DNA of 42,580 bases, taken from NCBI RefSeq assembly GCF_001194135.2, contig NC_068988.1, positions 41,270,095 to 41,312,674 on the forward strand, in the 5' to 3' direction. The notes under the pieces are model-generated. The model saw only the letters and a program-made list of their open reading frames with translations, ran no database searches and was not told the origin of the DNA. Source of the stretch: Octopus bimaculoides. Taxonomy: Eukaryota. Made by a program: the position numbers and the translations under genes. Each line of letters opens with the position of its first letter. The stretch's first letter is position 1. Positions 24,322 through 35,049 of the stretch are shown in pieces.

Positions 24322-25590
24322 TGAGAGGCGGCTGAAATGTTCATAGGCTGAGCAAGACATCCTTATGGAATGTGACCAAATGAAGTTTATTTTCTAACAT
24401 AGTTCCTATTACTGTCTAACTTCCATTAGTGCTGCAGTGCTTGGATCACATTGGTGAAGAAGCTATCCTGTTGCCCAAAATGGTCATCAATGGAAGATAA
24501 GACGTCATCATCACAGCGTTACTGGTGCCCAATCAAGTGCTTTTTCGTGTTGAGAAACCGATGATGGTCAGATGGAACCAAATCACTAAAATAGGGGAGG
24601 GTGATCAACCAGTTCAAAGCAGCCACGCAAGCAACCATTGAAACCAAAGAACTGTGTGCTGAAGCATTGTCCTAATGAAACAAGACCCCCTTCATCATTT
24701 TTTCTGGGTGTTGGTCTTGATATCCTTTCGTAACTGCCTTAGCAAGTTGGCATAGATCTCTCCACTGATGGTGTTATCATTTTGAAGATAATCAAACATA
24801 ATACCTTTTGCATTTCAAAACACTGAGACCATCACCTTCCCTGCAGATGAAACGACCTTGCTTTTTTAGAGCAGGTGAAGAGGACTGTTTCCACTGCATG
24901 GATTGCCTCTTTGTTTCTAGATCTAAGCGATGAAGCCAACATACATCCTAGTTTAGGAAACGTTCAAGGAAACAAGCTGGGTCTACACCAAACTATGTCA
25001 GGCATTCCCATCATATGACTAGTCTGATGCGCTTTTGACCAATTGTCAGAAGACGTGGCACCCACCAAGCAGAAACCTTCGTCATGCTAAGTTCATTGTG
25101 CAGAATATTCTCCACTCTCTCATGAGATATGCTAATAACATTGATTATTTGCTTTATAGTAAATCGCCTGTCATCCATCACCATGTGGTGAACACGATCA
25201 ATGTTTTCCACGGTGGTGGTAGCTGCAGGACTCCAGACCATGGATCTTCTCTAAACTCTTCTCCTTCTAAATTCATCTGCCACTTTTACACTGTTGATAA
25301 AGTTAGAGCGTCATCCCCTAATGTATCAACCATGTTGGCATGAATGTTCTTGAGAGCTAGACCCTTTTTCTGAAGGTATTTGATTACGGCATGACACCAA
25401 ATTTCGTCGATTTTCAAGAGAAGCTGCTAACACTTACATTTGAAGTTTCTCTGAATAATCAGACGTCAGTTTACCGGGAAATAAATAATGCAGTTATTAC
25501 TAAGAACTCTTGAAATTACTGCAAGCAAGATTCCTCAACTCTCGCATCTCTCTTTCATTGTCAGCCTGTGAACTTTTCAGTCCACTCTTG
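24322..25590 (-). mobile_element. Full-length decayed mariner element
   Basis: TIRs tgagaggcggctgaaatgttcataggctg / cagcctgtgaacttttcagtccactcttg|ta, about 1.27 kb. ORF 25011-25241 has DRRFTI...KVSAWWVPRLLTIGQKRIR (mariner WVPHEL-type motif). Confidence 0.85.
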
Positions 25591-25640
25591 TACATATGTA
25601 AAAGTGCTACAAATTTTTTCAAAACATTTTCTACGCTCGA

Positions 25641-26600
25641 TCGTTTTGGCAATGAAATTTTCCATGAATATGTGCAAAGCTTTTACTTGCACAAGATTTT
25701 ATGTGCATGCATTATAGCACAGTGTGTTAGGCGCTGCTGCATTATTGTGGTACGAAACCAGGTCTTCAAACGGTGACAGGCGCTGAACGTTCTCTCAATT
25801 TATACAAAGATAGAATAAGCTACAAGCGAGAGAACGTTCAGTGCACTTCACCGTTTGAAGACCTAGATCCGTACCACAATGATGCAGCACTGTCTAACAC
25901 ACTGTGCCATAATGCATGTGCATAAAAACTTGTGCAATAAAAATGCTTTGCACATCCTCGTGGATAGTTTTATTACCAAAACGAGACAAAATAAGCTGCA
26001 TTAGCATCAGCATTTAGGAGAACGAATAACAGCATCAGAAGCTCTCCATTTTCAACAATGTCATACAATTAATTATTTGGGCAAAACTTCTTTTTCCGTC
26101 CACAGACCGGTAAGGAGTTTGGTTTGTAATGACAGGGAGGGCAAGTAAAATGAAAAAGGCAGGTATGTATTTGCAAGCTCAAATGTCCCACAGCTGACCG
26201 TGGATAACTGCAAATCCTCTCGCTCAGAGCATATGCACATTCCCTTTTGCTGAAAGCAGCAATCCAAGTCATTTTCGAAGGCATCAACGATGTCGAAAAA
26301 TTGCCGATGCCAGTCATCGATGACAAAGAGAGCACTTTCTTTAGCAGTTGAATATCTGAAGCGCAGCAGTGTGTTCTTGAAACGAAATGTGTTAAACATT
26401 TTCTCAAAGTCAACAGTGGATATTTCGCCGAAATAGTTTTCAAAAACTTTTTCACTTCTCATTTTTGAAAGAGAGTTCTCCAACTTCTCGATCAGCTTCA
26501 AGCAGTCACCGGTTGTTGTGTCTGAACGCTGTAAGCTACGTGCAACAGATTCACATATTGCAAATACATTCCCAACCACCTTAATACCGAACAAATAGAA
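25641..26600 (-). pseudogene. hAT (ZMYM1-like) transposase C-terminal fragment with an inverted duplication of the dimerization-domain segment
   Basis: ORF 26073-26627 (VARSLQ...MRSEKVF...RQFFDIVDAFENDLDCCFQQ). Minus 25796-25680 gives ERTFSACHRLKTWFRTTIMQQRLTHCAIMHAHK, and the same motif is on the plus strand from 25828. Confidence 0.8.
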
Positions 26601-28370
26601 GTTTGGCAAAAACATTTGATGCTTCAAAGTGTTTCATGAAGATGTCCGATGGATGTCGGTGTTTCATGACATTGACGATGATGTTTGATGAAAATGTTTG
26701 AAGATGTGTGACGAAAATGTTTGATAATGATGTTTGATGTTTGATAAATATATTTGAAGATGTTTGGCAAAAACATTTGATGCTTCAAAGTGAAGACGTT
26801 TGATGTATGTCGGTGCTTAGTGACATTTAACTATGATGTTTAATGAAAATGATTGAGGATGTTTGATGAAAATGTTCGATGATGTTCATGACGAAGAGGT
26901 TTGAAGACGTTTGAATGAAGACGTTTGATGGTAATATTTGATGAAAATGTTTAGTTTGGGGAAAATATTTTCATCAAACATCCATCAATCATCTTCATCA
27001 AACACGTTTGATGAAGATGTTTAATAAAAATCAATGTTAATTCTCTAAATGAAGTATTAACAGTAACTGCACGATAAAGTGAAGTGTATTGCCACTTAAG
27101 TGTGGCTGACCCCTAGGGGTGGATGTTACTGTTGCTTTAGCCCCAGGAGGACATCTCCTCCAGCTGGCTTATCGACACACTACTGTGTCCTTTTTGTTTT
27201 GCCAAGGGAAGTTACCCCTCTCATCTCGATCGTAGCACGAACGGACCCGGGTTTCAGGGTTATTTCCCTTCGTCAGCGTCCGATAGCTACCGACCTTTGA
27301 TGAGAGGTATACATTCTTGGCAACCTTATGTATATTTTTCCAGTAAAATTCTTCACTGATATCGAAAAAGTGAAAACAAGCAATGTTAATTCTCTAAATG
27401 AAGTATTAACAGTANNNNNNNNNNNNNNNNNNNNNNNNNNNNNNNNNNNNNNNNNNNNNNNNNNNNNNNNNNNNNNNNNNNNNNNNNNNNNNNNNNNNNN
27501 NNNNNNNNNNNNNNNNNNNNNNNNNNNNNNNNNNNNNNNNNNNNNNNNNNNNNNNNNNNNNNNNNNNNNNNNNNNNNNNNNNNNNNNNNNNNNNNNNNNN
27601 NNNNNNNNNNNNNNNNNNNNNNNNNNNNNNNNNNNNNNNNNNNNNNNNNNNNNNNNNNNNNNNNNNNNNNNNNNNCGAACGGAGCCGGGTTTCAGGGTTA
27701 AAATGTTTGGAAAAACATTTATTCGTTCAAAGTGTTCGGTGTTTCCTGACATTTGACGATGATGTTTGATGAAAATGTTTGATGACGATGTTAAAATTAT
27801 TTCATGAATTTTTTGTACTAATGAAGATGTTTCATGAAGATCTTTGAAGACGTTTGAAGGAAGATGTTTGATGATAATGTTTCATGAAAATGTTTGGTTT
27901 GGGGAAAATATTTTCATCAAGCATCCATCAATGATCTTTATCAAAAACGTTTCATGAAGATGTTTGTTAAAAATGTTTGATGAAAACACTTGAAGATCTT
28001 TGGCAAAAACATTTGATGCTTGAAATTGTTCGGTGTTAACATGACATTTGACGATGATGTTTCATGAAAATGTTTGAAGATGTTTGACGAAAATACTTGA
28101 TGACGATGTTTGATGTTTGATGAAAACATTTGAAGATGTTTGGCAAAGTGTTTGAAGACGTTTGAATGAAGATGTTTGATGGTAATATTTGATGGAAATG
28201 TTTGGTTTGGGGAAAATATTTTCATCAAACTTCCATCAATCATCTTTATCAAACAATTTTGATGAAGGTGTTTGATAAAAATGTTCGATGAAAATGTTTG
28301 ATGAAATTATTTGATGAAAATGCTTGTTAAAAATGTTTGAAGATGTTTGGATGAAGATCTTCGAAGGAAA
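26600..28370. repeat. Degenerate GATGTTT/GATGAAAAT satellite-like array with higher-order units, interrupted by family C
   Basis: Dozens of gatgtttgatgaaaat-like motifs. The block ttggggaaaatattttcatcaaacatccatcaat recurs near 26957, 27899 and 28207. Confidence 0.85.
27041..27259 (+). mobile_element. Dispersed repeat family C, apparently complete copy
   Basis: Starts after ttaa (27037-27040) and ends tttcaggg|ttat. A second copy starts at 27390 and ends gggttaa at 27697 across an N gap. Confidence 0.75.
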
Positions 28371-28374
28371 TGCT

Positions 28375-28625
28375 TGAAGATTTCTCAAACAAACGTGCAA
28401 CAAAGTGTTTCCTAATAATTATGAGACATTTTAATTTTGAGAAAGTTGTTTTATTTTATTTTTACAGTAACAACAATGAATCATCCGAAAAAATGATAAA
28501 TCAACTCGTAATGAAATTTGAAACATCTGGTCTAGATCTGAATAAAATGTCTTCTGCGTACATATATTGTAGAGTGCAAATGTAAACTATGGAAATCATA
28601 GCACTTTGAAGCGTAAAATCAATAT
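28375..28625 (+). pseudogene. hAT-type transposase fragment, paralogous to 35290-35520
   Basis: SNKRATKCFLIIMRHF...FYSNNNESSEK...GLDLNKMSSAY; close nucleotide match to 35293-35520. Confidence 0.75.
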
Positions 28626-28639
28626 TTTCTGAAAGAATT

Positions 28640-29505
28640 GTAACGTCTTCAATGAAACCTTCTCTTATTGTATGTCCGGAGCAACGCCTTTTCCATTTTA
28701 TTTGCTGAGACCATGAGGCGGTCTAAATTACAGGAAATCGAGAGAATGTAAGAATTTCCTAGCTTAATATCCGTAGTTGGTCTAAATCTGATTTCAGGCG
28801 TTTACTTATTCTTTCTACTTGTTTGGGTATCAAATCTCGTAGAATTTATGGTTCCACGTGTTATATCCATATATTTCACAACGTGATCAAAACCTCATCA
28901 AAGAATAGTCTGTATTGTTTCTGAGACAATATTTTGCATTCTGTTACAATATGACTAATATTTTCCGCTCATTAGAAAGTATTGATCATATAAAGATAAC
29001 ACCGGTTCAACGAAGCAGTGGTAATTACCTTTACCCACTAAATTAGTATTTAGAGCTTCATCTTGAGTAGCTACCAACAACCTCTTCATATTTTTACATC
29101 TCTACTCCAAAACCATCCCCTCAATGACTTACGATTTTTCACATTCTTGATGTTTCTGTGAACTACCCATGTAACTATTTCTTTTTGTCACAAATTAGTC
29201 AGCTTCCTTAGTAAGCTTTCTTCTCTTCAATTTCAACATGAGTAAATCCTAGTTCTGTTATAACATGTATTTGACTAAACTTATGTTTATCCTTCACACA
29301 ATCAAAAACATTATTAAGTCTACTTTGTCCATTATTTTGCTTCGTATATAAACTACTGACATCTGCATGTGAGTGGAGCGCTCCATGTAGAGTCAGATTT
29401 TTTTCCCGTTTTCTATCAAATGTATCTATTTCATTTCCGACGGCAAATCTACAAGTGCTGATCGCATTTCTAAAATTTCTTGAATTAAGTCTGAACCTCA
29501 ACACA
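28640..29505 (-). pseudogene. R4/Dong-like non-LTR retrotransposon fragment (post-RT and zinc-knuckle region)
   Basis: Minus strand gives FDRKREKNLTLHGALHSHADVSSLY (cf. LDRKTRK..LHP.ADV.RLY), LLVATQDEALNTN and ISHIVTECKILSQKQY. Confidence 0.7.
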
Positions 29506-29544
29506 ATCATCATCGTCGTCGTCATTATTATTATTATTATTATC

Positions 29545-29589
<45 letters not shown>

Positions 29590-29670
29590 GTTATTATTAT
29601 TATTATTATCATTATTATTAACATCATCTTCAACTTCATCATCATCATCGTCATTGTCATCAGCAACATC
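29505..29670. repeat. (ATC)n/(ATT)n compound microsatellite
   Basis: Direct inspection; it is the source of the poly-Ile ORF artefacts. Confidence 0.9.
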
Positions 29671-29696
29671 ATGGGTATAATTCGTCCACTGCGACA

Positions 29697-29742
<46 letters not shown>

Positions 29743-30194
29743 CTGATGAACAGATAACGGAGGACAAAAAACGCAAAAAAATGGAAATGGAGATTTGGTT
29801 AACTGTATTATTTCTAAAGTAAAGATCTTCTGTCGAGTGCACAAGAAAAATGTGGGAAGTGGCGAGTTTGCAGACTGAGTTGCAGGGTGGGGTGGTCTCC
29901 ATGTACGCATGAATCACTGTTATTTTGCAAAATTTCCTGCCTGTTTATGTGTGTATGAGTGTGAGTGCGGGTGTGTGTGTTGTTTCGTGTGAATTTTTTT
30001 TTAATGGAGCTATCCAAACTTACCTTATTCTCTCAGAGCAGCTTTTTCGTCTACTTTGTTGTAAAACCTTAAAGCCAATGTATATGGACGTTTGTGTGTG
30101 TCTATGTTTCTGTATATGCCTTTATGTCTATGTGACTACACATATATGATCGTTTATTGATATGTATATATGTTTATTATTATATGCACGTTAA

Positions 30195-30915
30195 GGGTGG
30201 TGAGCTGGCAGAATCGTTATAGCACCAGGCAAAATGCTTAGCAGCATTTCGTCTCTCTTTACGTTCTGAGTGTGGAGGCGCAATGGCCCAGTGGTTAGGG
30301 CAGCGGACTTGCGGTCATAGGATCGCAGTTTCGATTCCCAGTCCGGGCGTTGTGAGTGTTTATTGAGCGAAAACACCTAAAGCTCCACGAGGCTCCGGCA
30401 GGGGATAGTGGCAAACCTTGCTGTACTCTTTCACCAAAACTTTCTCTCACTCTTACTTCTTGTTTCTGTTGTGCCTGTAATTCAAAGGGTCAGCCTTGTC
30501 ACACTGTGTCACGCTGAATATCCCTGAGAACTACGTTAAAGGTACACGTGTCTGTGGAGTGCTCAGCCACTTGCACGTTAATTTCACGAGCAGGTTGTTC
30601 CGTTGATCGGATCAACTGGAACCCTCGACGTCGGAAGCGACGGAGTGCCAACAACGTTCTGAGTTCAAATTTCGCGGAGGTCGACTTTGCCTTTCATCCT
30701 TTCCGGGTCGATAAAATAAGTACCAGTTAAGCACTGGAGTCGATGTAATCAACTACCAATTTCCCGTTCTGAGTTCAAATTTCGCTGAGGTCGACTTTAC
30801 CTTTCATTCTTTTCAGGGTTGATAAAATAAGTACCAGTCAAGTACTGAGGTCAATGAAATCGACTTCTCCTCTCCTCAAAAAGTGCCGACCTTGTTCCAA
30901 AATTTGAAACCGTTA
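30195..30915 (+). mobile_element. SINE family A interrupted by SINE D, plus a partial tandem duplicate
   Basis: Head 30195-30271 resumes at 30654 (gttctgagttcaaatttcgcggaggtcgac). A second B-box/core segment starts near 30766. Confidence 0.8.
30272..30653 (+). mobile_element. tRNA-derived SINE family D, full length
   Basis: A box tggcccagtgg, B box gtttcgattcc, (caa)-type end; flanked by an 11-bp direct repeat acgttctgagt (30261-30271 and 30654-30664). Confidence 0.85.
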
Positions 30916-31763
30916 TTATATGCACATTAATGTATATATTCATGGTTTCATGAAAATATTCGTGTTTCATGACATCCTATCCTCTTCTAAGTGACACGCA
31001 TACTTACACGACGATTTCCATGACGACCAGATGATGAGTTTGATGATTAAGCTGATGATGATTGCTCCTCCGTCATTTTCGACGATGAGCATTCAGTTGT
31101 TCGTGTAACTGAATTCCTTATACCTTAAATTAACGTTACAATAGAAGAGTAATCAGCATCTTTGTGTGCATCTAATATGATAGGTTAAATAAGCATGGCA
31201 CAATATGCAATATGGTTAATCTTTTAAACTACAGGTAAAACACACCTCACAGACTTCCATACATTTTTATGGCAAGGCATCGGATCAATTAATCCGATGT
31301 TATAGTAGAAGACACGCAATGGAATCGGACCCGGGAGAGGTACATCATTAGAACGAAGCAAAATACTTGAATCTCCGTTCACACATGTATCTACACATGT
31401 AAGCATGAGTGTGCGTGTATGTGTGTGTGCGTGCGCCTGTGTATACGTTCTAAAGAGCGACACGAAGTCATAACTCCTGGTTCAGTAGTACATCCTAAAG
31501 TCCATTCGTTTAAACGTAGGTCATCAAACTAATGGATAAACTAATGTGTGGAATACAAGCCACATAATAGTATAAGTAAAATATAGAAAACATATTTAGT
31601 ATTTTTTCAAAAACCTGTGATGATTTCATAAGATTACATAATAATGTAATCATGTCAGTTGATTTAACAAAACGCGTGTATGTTTTATGAAGCTTCCAAT
31701 GCCAAATATGTGCTTTGTATTTTATTAATACTATGTTTATGTGTATATTATATATCTGCATAG

Positions 31764-31808
<45 letters not shown>

Positions 31809-32613
31809 TGGAAATGAAACAAAAGTTGTCAATATATCATATAGAGTATATATATTTGTAAACTGAAAGTTAATGATTTGCGCAGCTATTTCTCAGGGTC
31901 CATAGACACAAAGCATGAGTCTTATCAATCTAAAATTGACATAAACACACCCGCACACATACATGTATGCATACACCCAAATCTATATGTCTATGTGTAT
32001 GCACACACACACGCACACACATATACATACAAATAAATATATGTATGTATATATTAATATACACACACACACGTATATATATATAATGCATATATGTATA
32101 CACACACGCACGCATAAGAATATAGATCTTAGATATGGTATTGTGTAATTTAAATTTTTATTGCGCAGTGTAAGAGAAAGAGAAGCGTATGACTAAAAAC
32201 GGGAAAATAAAAGAAAAAAACAGAAAGAAAGGAAAAAGAAAAGAAAGAAAGCCGAAAAGAAAAGAAAGAAAATGGCGCTCGATGAGCGATAATTCTAAAG
32301 AGTAATGGCTGAAATTGAGGTTTGTTGGGTGTATGAGAAAGTTGTGTGACTGACAGTGTAATACGGCTCACACCATGGTTGACTTAATTGAGAACAAAGT
32401 TCTCTGTCTAGTACGTTAAGCGATCACAATGAAGTCAATGATCTGTAATCAAAGAAAAAGTATATGATTTATATATAAATATGAAGTCTGAGAATTTTGT
32501 CTAGGTTGTGTTGCTAATTATATACCTGTGCGTGTTCCGACACGCACGCATACTTATATATATATATATACACACACATATGTATATGCATATATGTGCG
32601 TGTATGGGTATAT

Positions 32614-32646
<33 letters not shown>

Positions 32647-33219
32647 NNNNNNNNNNNNNNNNNNNNNNNNNNNNNNNNNNNNNNNNNNNNNNNNNNNNNN
32701 NNNNNNNNNNNNNNNNNNNNNNNNNNNNNNNNNNNNNNNNNNNNNNNNNNNNNNNNNNNNNNNNNNNNNNNNNNNNNNNNNNNNNNNNNNNNNNNNNNNN
32801 NNNNNNNNNNNNNNNNNNNNNNNNNNNNNNNNNNNNNNNNNNNNNNNNNNNNNNNNNNNNNNNNNNNNNNNNNNNNNNNNNNNNNNNNNNNNNNNNNNNN
32901 NNNNNNNNNNNNNNNNNNNNNNNNNNNNNNNNNNNNNNNNNNNNNNNNNNNNNNNNNNNNNNNNNNNNNNNNNNNNNNNNNNNNNNNNNNNNNNNNNNNN
33001 NNNNNNNNNNNNNNNNNNNNNNNNNNNNNNNNNNNNNNNNNNNNNNNNNNNNTATGATATGTCTTATTCTCCCAGTGTTTTTTCTCTCTCATCCCCCACC
33101 CAACAAGAGACTTAAGTTACAGTCCCGAAATATTTACAATTATTCGTAAATTTTCGCTCGACCCTTTCGTTTATTACACTCGATTAAGACAAATTCTGAC
33201 ATCTGCTGAATTTATTATT

Positions 33220-33617
33220 TACTAGCTTAAAAACCGCACTCCGTGCGGATTTTTAAGCTAGCTCCTGCGGGGGTTAATTGGGCCTGCGGACCAAAACTAA
33301 AAAAAGTAATAATAAAGCATTTATCGGTACCCTACCAATATGGTATTACTTTAAATTCAGTTTAAATGAAAACGTTATAAGTTCATAAATTTTGGGATTT
33401 CTTTTAAAATTGGAATTTTCTACTGTTAGCATACAACAAATCTTCATCCAGACCTGATCCCAATGCTAGATGTTCAAGAACCAAGTGAAGGGCAGATTTT
33501 CAATTCTGGACTCATCCTGATTCCAAAAAGGTATAATATGTCTATGTAAAGCAATTGTAGACTGAGATACAGGGGTCCCGGACGACCAGACAGAATTTCA
33601 CATTTATTATTATAGAT
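33220..33617 (+). mobile_element. Possible non-autonomous Helitron/Helentron-like element
   Basis: Starts tactagc with a subterminal hairpin and ends gaccagacag...catttattattatagat, an architecture resembling DINE-1/Lep1-type elements (from memory). Confidence 0.45.
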
Positions 33618-33869
33618 GACAATCTCTCAGGATTTTGTCCTATGTTGAGTACTTTACAAGGTTATTTAATGGTGTGACAGATCAATCTTAGCCTACTGGG
33701 TATAAAATCATTTGTTTCCTTGAATTTCTGGTTCGGAATCTAACGTCATGTGACCGGTCATCTTGTTCTTCGACCATGGGGGTGATGTGCTTGTTTGGCT
33801 AGCCTGAAGATGTGTCATGTTTTTCTTCCAGTTTTTCACAGCTGAAAACTTATGTCGGAGCACTAAAAC

Positions 33870-33871
<2 letters not shown>

Positions 33872-33933
<62 letters not shown>

Positions 33934-33946
33934 AATAATAATAATA
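33872..33946. repeat. (ATT)n switching to (AAT)n
   Basis: Direct inspection. Confidence 0.9.
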
Positions 33947-34089
33947 GTCAAATTTATTCACAATTCCATACAAAAAGAAGAGTATAGTATAGAACCCCCA
34001 AAAAATCATAGAATTGTTTGATACAACCAAAAGATAATAATTAGTTATTTGTCTTAAAGTATTCTGAAAAATAAATGTTTTTTTGTTAA

Positions 34090-34308
34090 ATCTCTGAACG
34101 AGGTATAAACAGTAACTGCACGACAACGTGAAGTATATTTGCCACTTAAATGCGGCTAAACCCTAAGTGTGAATGTTACTGTTGCTTTTAGCCCCAGGAG
34201 AACATCTCCTCCAGCTGGCTATTGACACACATCTGTGCCCTGTCGGTATTTGCAAAGGGAAGTCATCCTTCCCATCTTGATCACGTGATACGCACGGACT
34301 CGAGTTTC
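34090..34308 (+). mobile_element. Dispersed repeat family C
   Basis: Follows ttaa at 34086-34089 and is colinear with 27041-27259. Confidence 0.75.
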
Positions 34309-35049
34309 TTACGAAACTATATGTAATATATAATAAATGGTAATATATAATCAAATGACAGGTTTATATTGGCTGGCAATAAATTCTAAGATCGTTCGGT
34401 GTTATACTGAAAAGTTTGACTAAATGGTTGGTTGTTGAAGGGACAAAAAAGGACAATCGCCGAATCAGAACTGAGATTCTGTAGCACAAAGGTTGTAGGA
34501 CATAAGCTGAACTTAAGAAGGTCAATTCAAATATTTTTGTGTAAAGCCAAACACACTTATGAACAATAGCTCATATTTGAATTTTATTATAAAATCAAAT
34601 TTTAATCAATGCTGATGTAACCGTGTTCTCATATGCATAGTATTTTATATGGTGGGGGGGTTCCATCAAATTGCCGCTTTCCTATTGTACCAGTCATGGT
34701 GTCGAATCAATACGAACTAGAGAGAAGTCTGCCCATAGCTATACTGCACAGTGTTTCTTTTTTTATATCCTGTCTTAAAACTGCCAATAAGAAGGATCAC
34801 ATTTAATTTGTGGGTTAATGAATTTGATTAAATTTCATTTCCGGGTTAAAGAATTTGGATTTATTGCTAAACATAGAAAATATAACTAACATGATCTTTG
34901 TGCGCAATTCTGTTGTAACGTGGAAATTACCAGTGAGGTTAAAAGTACAGCTGAACGCCACACGACACAAATAAATATTAAGTTAATATTCATGTTATTG
35001 ATATTTCATCTTTGTCATCATTCTTCTCTACCACTCAGCTAACTCGAGG

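Noticed and set aside
27382-27697. Tandem duplication of family C as a biological event
   Set aside because: The second copy spans an N gap and could be a scaffolding duplication, so it is not interpretable.
26650-28370. CRISPR-like array or repetitive protein (KHLQMFSSN)
   Set aside because: There are no constant repeats with unique spacers, no cas genes, the context is eukaryotic, and the frames are not maintained.
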